64,000 bases of DNA from assembly GCA_035629865.1 (NCBI GenBank), contig DASPHC010000055.1, forward strand, positions 134,940 to 198,939, given 5' to 3'. Positions 9,684-19,124 of this stretch are shown here, piece by piece. The notes under the pieces are model-generated. The model did not search any database. It saw nothing but the letters and a program-made list of their open reading frames with translations, and was not told the origin of the DNA. The position numbers and the translations under genes were made by a program. Within the stretch, counting starts at the first letter, position 1. The number at the start of each line of letters is the position of its first letter. The stretch is from Thermoanaerobaculia bacterium. Its GTDB lineage: Bacteria > Acidobacteriota > Thermoanaerobaculia > Gp7-AA8.

Positions 9684-10669
9684 CCTCGTATCTCCTCCGG
9701 CGCCTCTTCTATGCAGTCCTGACGTTCTTCGGCATCACCGTCGCCACCTTCGTGCTGATCCACAGCGTGCCGGGCGACCCGGTTACTTTCTTCATCGGAC
9801 AGCAGGGGCTGCGCAACATCCCGCCCGAGACGGTGCAGGCGATCCGTGCGGAGTTCCATCTCGACGAGCCGCTGCCGAAGCAGTACGTCCGCTGGGTCGG
9901 GGCGGCAGTGACGCTCGACTTCGGGATCTCGATCATCGACCGCCGCCCGGTACGCGAGCGGATCTTCGAGAAACTGCCGAATACCTTCCAGCTCAACTGC
10001 GTCGCCTTCTTGCTGGCGGCACTCTTCGGCGTTCCGATCGGCCTCTGGAGCGCGACCCGCTCCGGCCGGCCGGCCGAACGGATCTCGGCCGTCGGCTTCT
10101 TTCTCCTCTATTCGCTGCCGAGCTTCTGGGTGGCGCTGCTGCTGATGCAGTTCTTCTCGGTGAAGCTCGATCTCTTTCCGCTGCTCGGTATGACCTCGGA
10201 CAACTACACCGAGCTGTCGGCCGCGGGACGGTTCACGGACCGGCTGAAGCATCTCGTGCTGCCGGTGGTCACGCTGGCCTACGCGCAACTGGCGATCTTC
10301 GCGCGCTTCTCCAAGTCGGCGCTGACGGAAGTGATCCGGCAGGATTTCATCACCGCTGCGCGGGCGAAAGGCGCCGGGCCGGCCAAGGTGCTGCTGCACC
10401 ACGCGCTCCGCAACGCCCTGATTCCGCTGATCACGCTCCTCGGGATCACCATCCCGTACCTGATCTCCGGGAGCGTGATCGTCGAGAAGATCTTCCAGTG
10501 GGACGGCATCGGCCTGCTATACCTGCAGTCGATCTTCTCGCGCGACTATCCGATGGTGATGGGGCTGACGGTGGTGACGGCGATCGTGACGCTGCTGGCG
10601 AATCTCCTGGCGGACGTGCTCTACGCCGTCGCCGATCCGCGGGTGAGGCTGGGGGAGGGGCATGACTGA
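9680..10669 (+). CDS. ABC transporter permease (DppB/OppB-like)
   Basis: ATGA overlap with the substrate-binding protein stop. N-terminal YLLRRLFYAVLTFFGITVATFVLIHSVPGDP is typical of BPD_transp_1. Confidence 0.85.
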   Translation: MTSYLLRRLFYAVLTFFGITVATFVLIHSVPGDPVTFFIGQQGLRNIPPETVQAIRAEFHLDEPLPKQYVRWVGAAVTLDFGISIIDRRPVRERIFEKLPNTFQLNCVAFLLAALFGVPIGLWSATRSGRPAERISAVGFFLLYSLPSFWVALLLMQFFSVKLDLFPLLGMTSDNYTELSAAGRFTDRLKHLVLPVVTLAYAQLAIFARFSKSALTEVIRQDFITAARAKGAGPAKVLLHHALRNALIPLITLLGITIPYLISGSVIVEKIFQWDGIGLLYLQSIFSRDYPMVMGLTVVTAIVTLLANLLADVLYAVADPRVRLGEGHD

Positions 10670-11645
10670 TTCCGGCATCGACTCCCTCTGGCGGCTGACC
10701 TGGCGCCGTTTCCGGCGGAGCAGACTGGCGTCGCTGGCGTTGCTCTACGTCGGAATCATCACCGCGCTGGCACTGCTCGCGCCGCTGGTCGCGAACCGAA
10801 AGCCGCTGCTGCAAAGGACGGCGGCTGGCTGGAACTCGCCGGCGCTGACCGACTTCTGGATCGCCGATCCCGACATCGACCTTCCTCCGGTCGAGACGAC
10901 GTTCGCGCTGCCGGCCCCGGTGGCGTTCTCCCCGAACACGATCGCGCTCGCCTCGCGCCTGATGCCGCCGGGCGGCGGGCATCTCCTCGGTACGGACGAT
11001 CTCGGGCGCGACGTGCTGTCGCGGATGATCCACGGCGCGCGGGTGTCGCTGACGGTCGCCTTCTTCGCCACCTTCATCGCGCTGCTGGTCGGCTCGTTCC
11101 TCGGCGCGCTCGCAGGCTACTACGGCGGCGGGGCCGACTGGATCATTTCCCGCCTCATCGAGGTCGTCCTCTGCTTTCCCTTCCTCTTTCTCGTCCTCGG
11201 CATCGTCGCGCTCTTCAAGCCGTCCATCCTGACGATCATGATCGCGCTGGGGCTGACGTCGTGGACGAGCGAGGCGCGCTACGTGCGCGGCGAGCTGCTG
11301 CGCATCCGGGACATGGAGTTCGCGCACGCCGCCCGGGCCAGCGGCGCCGGCGATGCCCGCATCGTGTTCCGGCACCTGCTGCCGAACGCACTCGCGCCGG
11401 TGATCGTCTCCGCCAGCTTCGGCGTCGCCTACGCCATCCTTACCGAGTCCGCCCTCTCGTTTCTCGGCCTCGGCGTGCCGCTGCCGACGGCATCGTGGGG
11501 AAGCATCCTCACCGCCGCCAACGAGCACATCGACTACGCCTGGTGGCTGATCCTCTTCCCCGGAATGGCGATCTTCACGACCGTGGCCGCGTTCAACGTG
11601 ATCGGAGAAAGATTCCGGGAGGCGCTGGATCCGAGGAGCGATTGA
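10662..11645 (+). CDS. ABC transporter permease (DppC/OppC-like)
   Basis: Overlaps the upstream permease. The EAA-like loop ARASGAGDARIVFRHLLPNA is present, with six transmembrane segments. Confidence 0.85.
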   Translation: MTDSGIDSLWRLTWRRFRRSRLASLALLYVGIITALALLAPLVANRKPLLQRTAAGWNSPALTDFWIADPDIDLPPVETTFALPAPVAFSPNTIALASRLMPPGGGHLLGTDDLGRDVLSRMIHGARVSLTVAFFATFIALLVGSFLGALAGYYGGGADWIISRLIEVVLCFPFLFLVLGIVALFKPSILTIMIALGLTSWTSEARYVRGELLRIRDMEFAHAARASGAGDARIVFRHLLPNALAPVIVSASFGVAYAILTESALSFLGLGVPLPTASWGSILTAANEHIDYAWWLILFPGMAIFTTVAAFNVIGERFREALDPRSD

Positions 11646-11675
11646 TGGGACCTATAGGTCCTATCAGTCCTATCA
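11645..11675. repeat. Partial copy of the ATAGGAC/GTCCTAT palindromic repeat
   Basis: gggacctataggtcctatcagtcctatc lies between the dppC-like stop and the coaD stop. Confidence 0.6.
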
Positions 11676-12161
11676 ACTCACCGCCACCGGCAGCCGTGCC
11701 GCGAGCGCGTCGATCACCGGCGGGGGCACCAGGTGCGTAACGTTGCCGCCGAGGCGGAACACCTCTTTCACCAGCCTTGACGAGACGAACGTGTACTCCA
11801 CCGCGGGGATCATGAAGATCGTCTCGGCGTCGGCGTTGAGCTCGCGGTTCATCAGCGCCATCTGCAGCTCGTACTCGTAATCCGAGACGGCGCGGATGCC
11901 GCGGATGACCACCGTGGCGTTGGCGCGGCGCATGAACTCGACCAGGAGGCCGGAGAAGGAGTGGACTTCGAGCCCCGGGATCCCGGCGGTGCAGCGGGTG
12001 ATCAGCTCCATCCGCTCGGGAACGGAGAAGAGCGGCGACTTGCCCTCGTTCTCGAGCACCGAGACCAGCACGCGGTCGAAGAGCCGCGTGGCGCGGCGGA
12101 TGATGTCGAGATGCCCGTTCGTGAGCGGATCGAACGATCCGGGATAGACGGCGACGCTCAT
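11673..12161 (-). CDS. coaD: Phosphopantetheine adenylyltransferase
   Basis: N-terminal VYPGSFDPLTNGHLDII plus conserved ISSSRVRE-like motifs across the full length. Confidence 0.9.
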   Translation of the reverse strand: MSVAVYPGSFDPLTNGHLDIIRRATRLFDRVLVSVLENEGKSPLFSVPERMELITRCTAGIPGLEVHSFSGLLVEFMRRANATVVIRGIRAVSDYEYELQMALMNRELNADAETIFMIPAVEYTFVSSRLVKEVFRLGGNVTHLVPPPVIDALAARLPVAVS

Positions 12162-12272
12162 GCGGCGGGATGGTAGCAGAGGGGCGCCGCACGGGGAAAC
12201 GTCAACAACTTGATGGTCAACGTCTTGACGATCGACGCGGAGCGTCCTAAGATATTGTCATTCAAGTCACTG

Positions 12273-12701
12273 ATGGACTGGGAGGGTGTGATGCGGGATC
12301 AGAGAATTGAAGTCAAGCGCTCGAATCCGTCCGGTGCCCGGGCCACCTCTGGCGCGCCGAGGGGCCGCCTCCTCAACACACTGCTGACCTACCTGCCCGG
12401 CGCGTGGATCGACCCGAAGAACAACGAGCTGATCACGCTCTACCGCCTCCGCTACCGCATGGCCATGGAGGAGGAGAAGTACGACACGGCGATGATCTTC
12501 CTCAACAAGATCCTCGAGCTCGACCCGATGAACCTCGAGGCGAAGCTCTGCAAAGGCGAGATCTACCACCGCTGCCTCGCCGACTACACCCGCGCCATCG
12601 AGCAGTACAACAAAGTGATCCGCCTCTCCGCCGGTGCCAACGAGGTGATCCACACCCGCGCCCGCGCCGCGATGAGCGAGATCATGGAACTGCTCTCGTA
12701 A
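12273..12701 (+). CDS. Hypothetical TPR-like protein
   Basis: TPR-like helices (AMIFLNKILELDPMNLEAKLCKGEIYHR..AIEQYNKVIRL). The start is uncertain and may be upstream at 12210. Confidence 0.45.
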   Translation: MDWEGVMRDQRIEVKRSNPSGARATSGAPRGRLLNTLLTYLPGAWIDPKNNELITLYRLRYRMAMEEEKYDTAMIFLNKILELDPMNLEAKLCKGEIYHRCLADYTRAIEQYNKVIRLSAGANEVIHTRARAAMSEIMELLS

Positions 12702-12725
12702 GGCAGCAGCTCTCTCAAGCCACCA

Positions 12726-13005
12726 AAATCAATGGATGCGTCATCGAAATCGACGGCCGCGCTGTCGAATTGATGGCTGCGTCATCGAAATTGGTAGCCA
12801 TGTCATCGAAATCGATGGTGATGCAATCGAAATCGATGGCGATGCAATCAAAATCGATGGCCATGCAATCAAAATCGATGACCATGCAATCGAAATCGAT
12901 GGCGATGTCATCAAAATCGATGGTGATGTCATCGAAATCGATGACGATGTCATCGAAATCGATGGTGTTGGCATAGAAAACGATGGCGGCGCATGAGAAA
13001 TCGAC
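12726..13005. repeat. Tandem direct repeat array, 21-bp unit x about 13 (consensus ATGCAATCGAAATCGATGGYG)
   Basis: Seen directly. Contiguous head-to-tail 21-mers with point variants, open in all six frames. Located in a convergent intergenic gap. Confidence 0.9.
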
Positions 13006-13053
13006 CGCAGCGCCGGCAAAACGCTGCACTTCGCCACGAAGCCGTTGGCGCGC

Positions 13054-14061
13054 TCAGCGATCGCGTTCCATCACGAAGTCGAGCGCCATCTCCAGTGTTT
13101 CTTTTGCCGGCGACGCCGGGAACGGGTCGAGGGCGCGGCGGGCGCGGTTGGAGTAGTCGCGGGCGATCTCGCGGGTCTGGTCGAGCGCTTCGTAGCGGTG
13201 GACGATGTGCAGGATCTCGGCCGGGTCGACGCCGTCGAAGGTCTTGTTCGAGGCGACGCGCGCGATCAGCTCCCGCTCCCGCGCCGTCAGGTGCGGCATG
13301 GCCAGGATCAGCGGCAGGGTGACTTTTCCTTCCTTCAGGTCGGAGAGGGCCGGCTTGCCGAGGACTTCGGTGCTGGAGGTGAAGTCGAGCAGGTCGTCGA
13401 TCAGCTGGAAGGCGACACCGAGGTTGTAGCCGTACTCTTTGAGCGACACCGCCGAGGCCTCGGGGAGGTCAACCAGGTACGCCGGGATGCGGCAGGTGGC
13501 GCCGAACAGGGCGGCGGTCTTCCGGCCAACGATGTCGAAATAGTCCTCGACCGAGATGTCGCTGCGGCCGTTCTGCTCCGTCCCGAGGATCTCTCCCTCG
13601 ATCATCTTGATGGTCGCGTCGGAGAGGAGGCGCAGGACCTCGAGATTCCCCTCGCCGAGGGCCATGTGCATCGAGTGCATGAAGATGTAGTCGCCGACCA
13701 GGACGGTCAGGTTGTTGCCCCAGCCGTAGTTCACCGAGGTGCGGCCGCGACGGACGTCGGCCTCGTCGATGATGTCGTCGTGCACGAGCGTCGCGGTGTG
13801 GATGAACTCCACGACCGCGCCGTAGGTGACGTCGCGGATGCCGTCGTAGCGGAGCATCTTCGAGACGAGGAGCAGCAGGGCAGGGCGGAGACGCTTCCCG
13901 CCGCCGCCGAGGATGTGCTCACCGACGTCGGAGATGGTGGCGATCTTGGAGCGGAAGTTGTTGCGCAGCTCTTCTTCCACAAGCTCCAGTTTTGGGGCGA
14001 TCAGCTCGAGGACACGCTCCGCGTATGCTGTCTGCCCGTTGAGAGTGCGAGGAGCGGTCAC
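13054..14061 (-). CDS. ispB: Polyprenyl diphosphate synthase (octaprenyl/heptaprenyl-type)
   Basis: First and second Asp-rich motifs LVHDDIIDEADVRRG and FQLIDDLLDF. Confidence 0.85.
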   Translation of the reverse strand: MTAPRTLNGQTAYAERVLELIAPKLELVEEELRNNFRSKIATISDVGEHILGGGGKRLRPALLLLVSKMLRYDGIRDVTYGAVVEFIHTATLVHDDIIDEADVRRGRTSVNYGWGNNLTVLVGDYIFMHSMHMALGEGNLEVLRLLSDATIKMIEGEILGTEQNGRSDISVEDYFDIVGRKTAALFGATCRIPAYLVDLPEASAVSLKEYGYNLGVAFQLIDDLLDFTSSTEVLGKPALSDLKEGKVTLPLILAMPHLTARERELIARVASNKTFDGVDPAEILHIVHRYEALDQTREIARDYSNRARRALDPFPASPAKETLEMALDFVMERDR

Positions 14062-14076
14062 GGCGCGAAGGATAGC

Positions 14077-14571
14077 TCAACCGCGGTAGTTGGTGAACTG
14101 GACGGGGATCCCGTAGTCCCCCCCTTTCACCAGGGCCATGGCTTTCTGCAGGTCGTCCTTGCTGCGGCCGGTCACGCGGACCTGGTCGGCCTGGATGGAG
14201 GCCTGCACTTTCATCTTGGCGTCCTTGATGGCCTTGACGATCGCCTTCGCCTTCTCGCTCTCGATCCCCTGCACGATCTTGATGTGCTGGCGGACGGTGC
14301 CGCCGGAGGCCTGTTCGAGCTTCTGGTAGTCGAGCGCTTTCAGTGCGACGCCCCGTTTGATCAGCTTCGTCTCCAGGATGTCCTTGACGCTGCGCAGCTT
14401 CCCTTCGTCGTCGCTGACGAGGACGATCTCCTCGGCGGTCAGCTCGATCGAGCTCTTGCTGCCCTTGAAGTCGAACCGCTGGGCGAGCTCTTTCTGAGCT
14501 TGCTGCACGGCGTTGGCGACTTCCTGCATCTCGGTCTTCGAGACGATGTCGAACGAGAATTCCTGAGCCAT
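14077..14571 (-). CDS. yajQ: YajQ-family nucleotide-binding protein (UPF0234)
   Basis: MAQEFSFDIVSK start and a full-length match to YajQ-family layout. The longer ORF upstream is repeat-encoded junk. Confidence 0.85.
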   Translation of the reverse strand: MAQEFSFDIVSKTEMQEVANAVQQAQKELAQRFDFKGSKSSIELTAEEIVLVSDDEGKLRSVKDILETKLIKRGVALKALDYQKLEQASGGTVRQHIKIVQGIESEKAKAIVKAIKDAKMKVQASIQADQVRVTGRSKDDLQKAMALVKGGDYGIPVQFTNYRG

Positions 14572-14589
14572 TGGTACCTCTTCGCGACG

Positions 14590-14690
14590 TTCGTTATCGG
14601 TTGTCAGTTGCCGGTTATCTGCACTGCATCGCCCGGGCGACAAGGTTTCCCCGGACCGACGACCGACAACTGACAACGTCATGAGCGCAC
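14590..14690. repeat. Inverted-repeat element (GTTATCGGTTGTCAGTTGYCGG ... CCGACAACTGACAAC)
   Basis: Terminal inverted repeats flank a spacer of about 60 bp. The same family is at 35780 and 54360. Confidence 0.7.
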
Positions 14691-14695
14691 GGACG

Positions 14696-15313
14696 TCAGT
14701 CCGCGCGAATGACCTGTACTCCAGCCGGCGGTGAGAAACTGAAGGTGCCGGCGGACGCGGCGCGGCGATGATATCCCGAGAAATCGAACGACGTGTGGTT
14801 GCCGTCGCGGTCGGTGTACTCGATCCGCTGGATGAGATGGGTCGACGGGGCGATCGTCACGGTGACGGTCCGGACCAGCGATCCCTTCTCACGCGGCTGG
14901 AGGGTGGTCACGACCGAGCCTCCGCGGTTCTGCTGCTTGACCACGAAATGCTTGTCGCGCGCGGCCGGGTCGCCGAGGAGGAGGAACGGGAGCTCGCGCT
15001 TCCGGGCTTCCGTCACACGGCCCTGCGTCACCTGCTTGTCGGCCGGGACGTAGAACCAGGAGTTGCTGCCGTCGAAAACGAACAGTTTCTGCTCGGGCTT
15101 GCTGTAGCTCCAGCGCATGGCCGGCAGGGCGCCGAACACGACCGAGCCACTCTCGACCTGGCTGTTTTTGAAGCCTTTGGCGGTGAAGCGATGGGTGAAG
15201 CTGGCTTCCATACCGGACATGGCGGCAGCAGCACGGTCGAGCTCGACCGGCGCCGCAATGGCGCCCGTGGCGAGCACGAGCGCAAAAGTAAGGACAAATG
15301 CAGTTCTCTTCAT
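14696..15313 (-). CDS. lolA: LolA-like outer-membrane lipoprotein carrier protein
   Basis: Signal peptide MKRTAFVLTFALVLATGAIAAP. LolA-like length with beta-rich content. Confidence 0.65.
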   Translation of the reverse strand: MKRTAFVLTFALVLATGAIAAPVELDRAAAAMSGMEASFTHRFTAKGFKNSQVESGSVVFGALPAMRWSYSKPEQKLFVFDGSNSWFYVPADKQVTQGRVTEARKRELPFLLLGDPAARDKHFVVKQQNRGGSVVTTLQPREKGSLVRTVTVTIAPSTHLIQRIEYTDRDGNHTSFDFSGYHRRAASAGTFSFSPPAGVQVIRAD

Positions 15314-15356
15314 GAGACCCCTTTCAGCAACGGCCTTGCCTGTTACAGGCAGTCCG

Positions 15357-15713
15357 TTAGCTGGCTTCGATCGATACGATCGCGGAGTTGACAACAAAGA
15401 TGCGGTCGTTTTTGCTCCGGTCGTCCGGGAAGAGAAAGAAGCCGTTCCGCTCGGGGTTGTAGTGGGCCGTCCCGCGGATGACCTCGCCGTCGTTGAATTC
15501 GATCGCCAACTGCATCCCGCTGGCGGGCTCGAGCAGCTCGTCGCTCACCGCACGGGGGAAGAAGACCGCCTTCAGGTCCGAGAACGGCACGTCGGACTCG
15601 CTGCCGTCGTCGTGGCGGACGGTCAGCATTTCGCGGGATGGGTCGATCGGATCGAGCGTCGCCCGCTCGGTCCGGCCATCTCGAAAGCGCAGCACTACCT
15701 TATCGTCGTTCAA
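15357..15713 (-). CDS. Hypothetical protein with an internal tandem duplication of a module of about 50 aa
   Basis: The two halves share the pattern xFxDGxxxxxxxxP...DDxSxxD..F...KAVFF. ATGA overlap with the kpsF stop. Confidence 0.5.
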   Translation of the reverse strand: MNDDKVVLRFRDGRTERATLDPIDPSREMLTVRHDDGSESDVPFSDLKAVFFPRAVSDELLEPASGMQLAIEFNDGEVIRGTAHYNPERNGFFLFPDDRSKNDRIFVVNSAIVSIEAS

Positions 15714-16684
15714 AACAGTTGCAACCCCCAGAGATCGTGGATGTGAATGATACCTTCGACGCGGCGAGTCTCGTCGACGATGAAGAGGGAGGTGATTTTC
15801 CGCTCTTCCATGATCTGCAGGGCGACCGAGGCAAGCTCGCTGCCGGCGATGGTGACCGGGTTCTGCTTCATCGACTGGCCGGCCGTCTTCCGGACCACGT
15901 CTTCATCATGCCCCAGCATCCGGCGGAGGTCACCGTCGGAGATTACTCCCTGCAGCTGCCCGTCGTCGTTCGTGACGGCGGTGATGCCGAATCCCTTGCG
16001 CGACATCTCGTAGACGAATTCGCGCATGGCCGCATTCTCGGTGACGACCGGCACGTCGTCGCCGCGGTGCATCAGCTCGCGGACCCGCAGGAAGCGTTTT
16101 CCGAGCTTGCCACCGGGATGGAGGAAGCCGAAGTCTTCCTCCTTGAAGCCGCGGCGGACCAGGAGCGCCATCGCGAGGGCGTCGCCGAGGGCGAGGGTGG
16201 CGGTGGTCGAGGCGGTCGGTGCCAGGCCCAGCGGGCACGCTTCCTCGGAGATGGCGACGCTCAGGTGATGATCGGCGGCGCGTGCGAGCGTCGAAGCCGG
16301 CTTGCCGGTGATGGCGATGATCTCGACGCCGAGGCGTTTGATGCTCGGCAGGAGGCGCACGAGCTCCTCGGTCTCGCCAGAGTTCGAGATCGCGACGACG
16401 ACGTCGCCGCTGACGAGCATGCCGAGGTCTCCATGGATCGCCTCGGTCGGATGCATGAAGAACGACGGGGTGCCGGTGGAGGCGAGGGTGGCGCTGACTT
16501 TTTTGCAGATGATGCCGGACTTGCCGACGCCCATCGTCACCACGCGTCCCTTGCAGACCGCGATGAGCTCGACCGCGTCGACGAACGCCTGGTCGAGATG
16601 CTGGATGACGCCGAGGATCGCCGCCGCCTCGACTTCGAGCACACGTTTCGCCTCGGCGAGGGCGGGATGCGTCATGACCTGCAT
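15710..16684 (-). CDS. kdsD: Arabinose-5-phosphate isomerase (SIS plus tandem CBS domains)
   Basis: SIS motif GVGKSGIICKKVSATLASTG and two CBS domains. Confidence 0.9.
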   Translation of the reverse strand: MQVMTHPALAEAKRVLEVEAAAILGVIQHLDQAFVDAVELIAVCKGRVVTMGVGKSGIICKKVSATLASTGTPSFFMHPTEAIHGDLGMLVSGDVVVAISNSGETEELVRLLPSIKRLGVEIIAITGKPASTLARAADHHLSVAISEEACPLGLAPTASTTATLALGDALAMALLVRRGFKEEDFGFLHPGGKLGKRFLRVRELMHRGDDVPVVTENAAMREFVYEMSRKGFGITAVTNDDGQLQGVISDGDLRRMLGHDEDVVRKTAGQSMKQNPVTIAGSELASVALQIMEERKITSLFIVDETRRVEGIIHIHDLWGLQLF

Positions 16685-16688
16685 CCTA

Positions 16689-17615
16689 TTACAACCCCCG
16701 CGCGGCCCGTTCCTGCGGCTCGAGGAGGTGGTAGAGAGTGTTGGTGACGGGCACCGCCACGCCGCTCTGCTGCGCCAGCCTCACGACCGCGCCGAGTTGC
16801 GCGTCGAGCTCGGACGGCTTCCCTTCCATGATGTCGCGCTGCATCGACGACGTGGAGGCCGGCGCGAGGGCGTCGTAGCGCTCCCAGGTCTTCGCGACGG
16901 CGTCCTCGCCGAGGTCGATGCCGCGCGCTTTCGCCAGCTCGACAATCTCCTTCAGGGAACCGTCGACGATCAGCCGAACCTCCGGATTGACGCGCCACAC
17001 GCCGATGGGAACGCGGGTCAGGGCGCCGATGGCGCTCATGGAGGCGATGAAGAGGAACTTGGTCCACATGGAGCGGTGGATGTCGGGAGGGATCTCGGCG
17101 TTGATCCCGGCGCGCTCGAATGTTGCGCGGAGCCTCTCCAGACGCTCCGTGCGGCGGTTGTCGAGCTCCCCGAACATCACCAGCGGCTCGAAGGCCACGT
17201 GGCGGATGTGCCCCGGGGCGACGGCCAGGCTGACGATCGCGCAGAGTCCGCCGAGGACGTGCTGGCTGCCGAGGATCGTGGCCAGGACGTCGGGAGCATC
17301 GATGCCGTTCTCCACCGGCACGACGACGGTGTCTTTACCGATGAGCGGCCGTATCTGCACCGCCGCCTCGGGGACCTGCCACGACTTGACGGTCATGAGG
17401 ACGGCGTCGACCGGGTCTATGGTGGAAGGGTCGTCGGTGGCTTGGACGTGGTCGAGGGTGAAGTCGCCGAGGATGCTGTCGACGCGGATGCCTTTGGTCC
17501 TGAGTGCGTCGAGGGTGAGGTCGCGCGCGATGAACGTCGTGTCGACCCCCGCCTGTGCCAGCCGCCCGCCAAAGTATCCACCGACACCGCCCGCGCCTAC
17601 GACTGCGATTTTCAT
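16689..17615 (-). CDS. panE: 2-dehydropantoate 2-reductase
   Basis: N-terminal MKIAVVGAGGVGGYFGGRLA Rossmann motif and ApbA C-terminal domain. Confidence 0.85.
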   Translation of the reverse strand: MKIAVVGAGGVGGYFGGRLAQAGVDTTFIARDLTLDALRTKGIRVDSILGDFTLDHVQATDDPSTIDPVDAVLMTVKSWQVPEAAVQIRPLIGKDTVVVPVENGIDAPDVLATILGSQHVLGGLCAIVSLAVAPGHIRHVAFEPLVMFGELDNRRTERLERLRATFERAGINAEIPPDIHRSMWTKFLFIASMSAIGALTRVPIGVWRVNPEVRLIVDGSLKEIVELAKARGIDLGEDAVAKTWERYDALAPASTSSMQRDIMEGKPSELDAQLGAVVRLAQQSGVAVPVTNTLYHLLEPQERAARGL

Positions 17616-17679
17616 GGGGGGATTTTATGCATGGAGGCGTCCCCCAATGTGTCTTCCTGAGACAGGGCACTGCGCGAGG

Positions 17680-17915
17680 CGCAGCGAAAGCGATCCGCCG
17701 CAGCCGCCGTAGGCGGCGAAAGATCTGTAGGCCCGGCCTTTAGGCCGGGTAAGGTCGAGGAGAAAGGCAAGTCCGCGAAGCGGGCGACAGTGTAGGTTTT
17801 TCGCGTGTCCCCTGTTCTGTCGCCCGCTTCGCGGACTCGCCTTCGTAGGCCCGCACGATACCCGCCCTGAAGGGCGGGCCTACAGATCTTCCCGCCGCCT
17901 ACGGCGGCTGCGGTG
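17680..17915. mobile_element. MITE-like palindromic element, about 230 bp, copy 1
   Basis: Terminal inverted repeats GCCGCCGTAGGCGGCGAAAGATCTGTAGGCCCGGCCTTTAGGCCGGGT and its reverse complement. Nested inner inverted repeat GTCGCCCGCTTCGCGGAC. Copies at 61527 and 63866. Confidence 0.7.
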
Positions 17916-17972
17916 CTCATTTCTTCACAGCCTCTCGGATGACAGGAAGAGGGGGCTTGTCTCTGCTCGGTC

Positions 17973-18488
17973 CTACCCCTTCTTCTTCCATGCCCCCTGC
18001 GCACGATGGCTCCGCATCCACACCTCATCCAACGCCCCACCATCGAACATCTTCGCGATCCACACCACCTGCCCCGTATGCGTCGCGAGGTGCGCGGTCA
18101 CGTTGATCAGATCCTCGACGATCAGGTTGTGCATCGTCGGCTCGGGTGACGCGTCGTTCATCCGCTCCGGGGTGAGCGTTTCGAACGTTTTCTCCGCGTT
18201 GGCGACCATTTCGTCGAACAGCGCCAGAAGTTCCGCCTTCGGAATGGCCTTGCGCTCGCTGAACTCCGCCGCCCGGTCGCGCGTGTAATCGAGCCCGCCG
18301 AGGTTCCGGTTGAGAAAGTGATTCAGCGAGCCGGTGAGGTGCAGGAGGATGTTGCCGATCGAGTTCGAAGCCTCGTTCGGCCGCCACCAGACCTGCTCGT
18401 CCGTCAGCTTCTCCACCGCCGCACGAATCTGCGCGGGGAAGACGCCGGTGATGCGGGTACGGAAGGCGTTGAAAGCGATTTCGTTCAT
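17973..18488 (-). CDS. DinB/YfiT-like (DinB_2 superfamily) protein
   Basis: Conserved His positions (ILLHLTGSLNHF, HLATHTGQ) typical of the DinB four-helix bundle. Confidence 0.65.
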   Translation of the reverse strand: MNEIAFNAFRTRITGVFPAQIRAAVEKLTDEQVWWRPNEASNSIGNILLHLTGSLNHFLNRNLGGLDYTRDRAAEFSERKAIPKAELLALFDEMVANAEKTFETLTPERMNDASPEPTMHNLIVEDLINVTAHLATHTGQVVWIAKMFDGGALDEVWMRSHRAQGAWKKKG

Positions 18489-19124
18489 GAGAGTTCCGAT
18501 CTGAGGCGGCCGACGGCGGCGTCGTAGGAGGTGAAGAGGTCGCAGGAGTAGATGCTCAAGAGGCTGCGAGCATGATCGGAAAAGTCGCGAGAATTGCGAG
18601 TCACGAAGATGCTGGGCGAGACGTCTCCGGCCTCTTGCCGGTCCTCGAGATCCGACATCACACTCGAGAAGATGAGCAGATCGTCTTCACCTGACGTCAC
18701 TCTGATGGCGCGGAAGACCTGCACCGACTCGACGGCGTTATGGGTCAGCGGAAGATAAACGGCCGCTGGCTCCAGATCCCGAATCTTTTCCTCCAGAAGC
18801 GCGATTTTGCTCTCAGTCGCATTGCGTAGCGCGGAGAGGGCAGTCTCGAGCACGTCCACCATGCCGGCAAAAGGGCGCATTCGGCGAAACTCGCGAATCT
18901 GCAGTTCGACATTTTTTCGAAGCGCGGTTTCTTCCTTCCATTTGCGCCGAACTGCGTTCTGAGCTTCGTGGAGCGCGTAGACCGGGATTCGCAGACCGAG
19001 GCGACCCTTTCGCCCAATCTACGATCTGCTGACAACTGTCGCACTCCTCCTGGCCGAGCGTCAGCTCCAGAATGAGGTTGGTCTCAGCGTAGACGATCAC
19101 GCTGCGGACGGAAGGTCGACCCAT
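18485..19124 (-). pseudogene. PIN-domain (VapC-like) gene interrupted by at least one frameshift
   Basis: The N-terminal piece (19124 down to about 19005) reads VIVYAETNLILELTLGQEE, a PIN strand 1. The C-terminal piece (18880..18485, a different frame) ends with IFVTRNSRDF, the PIN T-x-N-x-x-D-F motif. The sequence between is RS-rich out-of-frame text. Confidence 0.45.

Noticed and set aside
12726-13005. Possibility that the tandem arrays are CRISPR arrays
   Set aside because: Units are contiguous with no spacers. They are 21-22 bp, shorter than typical CRISPR repeats, and there are no cas genes nearby.
12715-13037. Multiple ORFs in all six frames over the 21-bp array (heptad peptides such as IEIDGD and IDFDDI)
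   Set aside because: Openness in every frame is a trivial consequence of a 21-bp unit lacking stop triplets. There is no start/RBS context and the flanking genes terminate outside it.
13045-14673. 542-aa plus-strand ORF antisense to ispB and yajQ
   Set aside because: Shadow ORF with acidic/Gly low-complexity runs. Both minus-strand genes carry diagnostic motifs.
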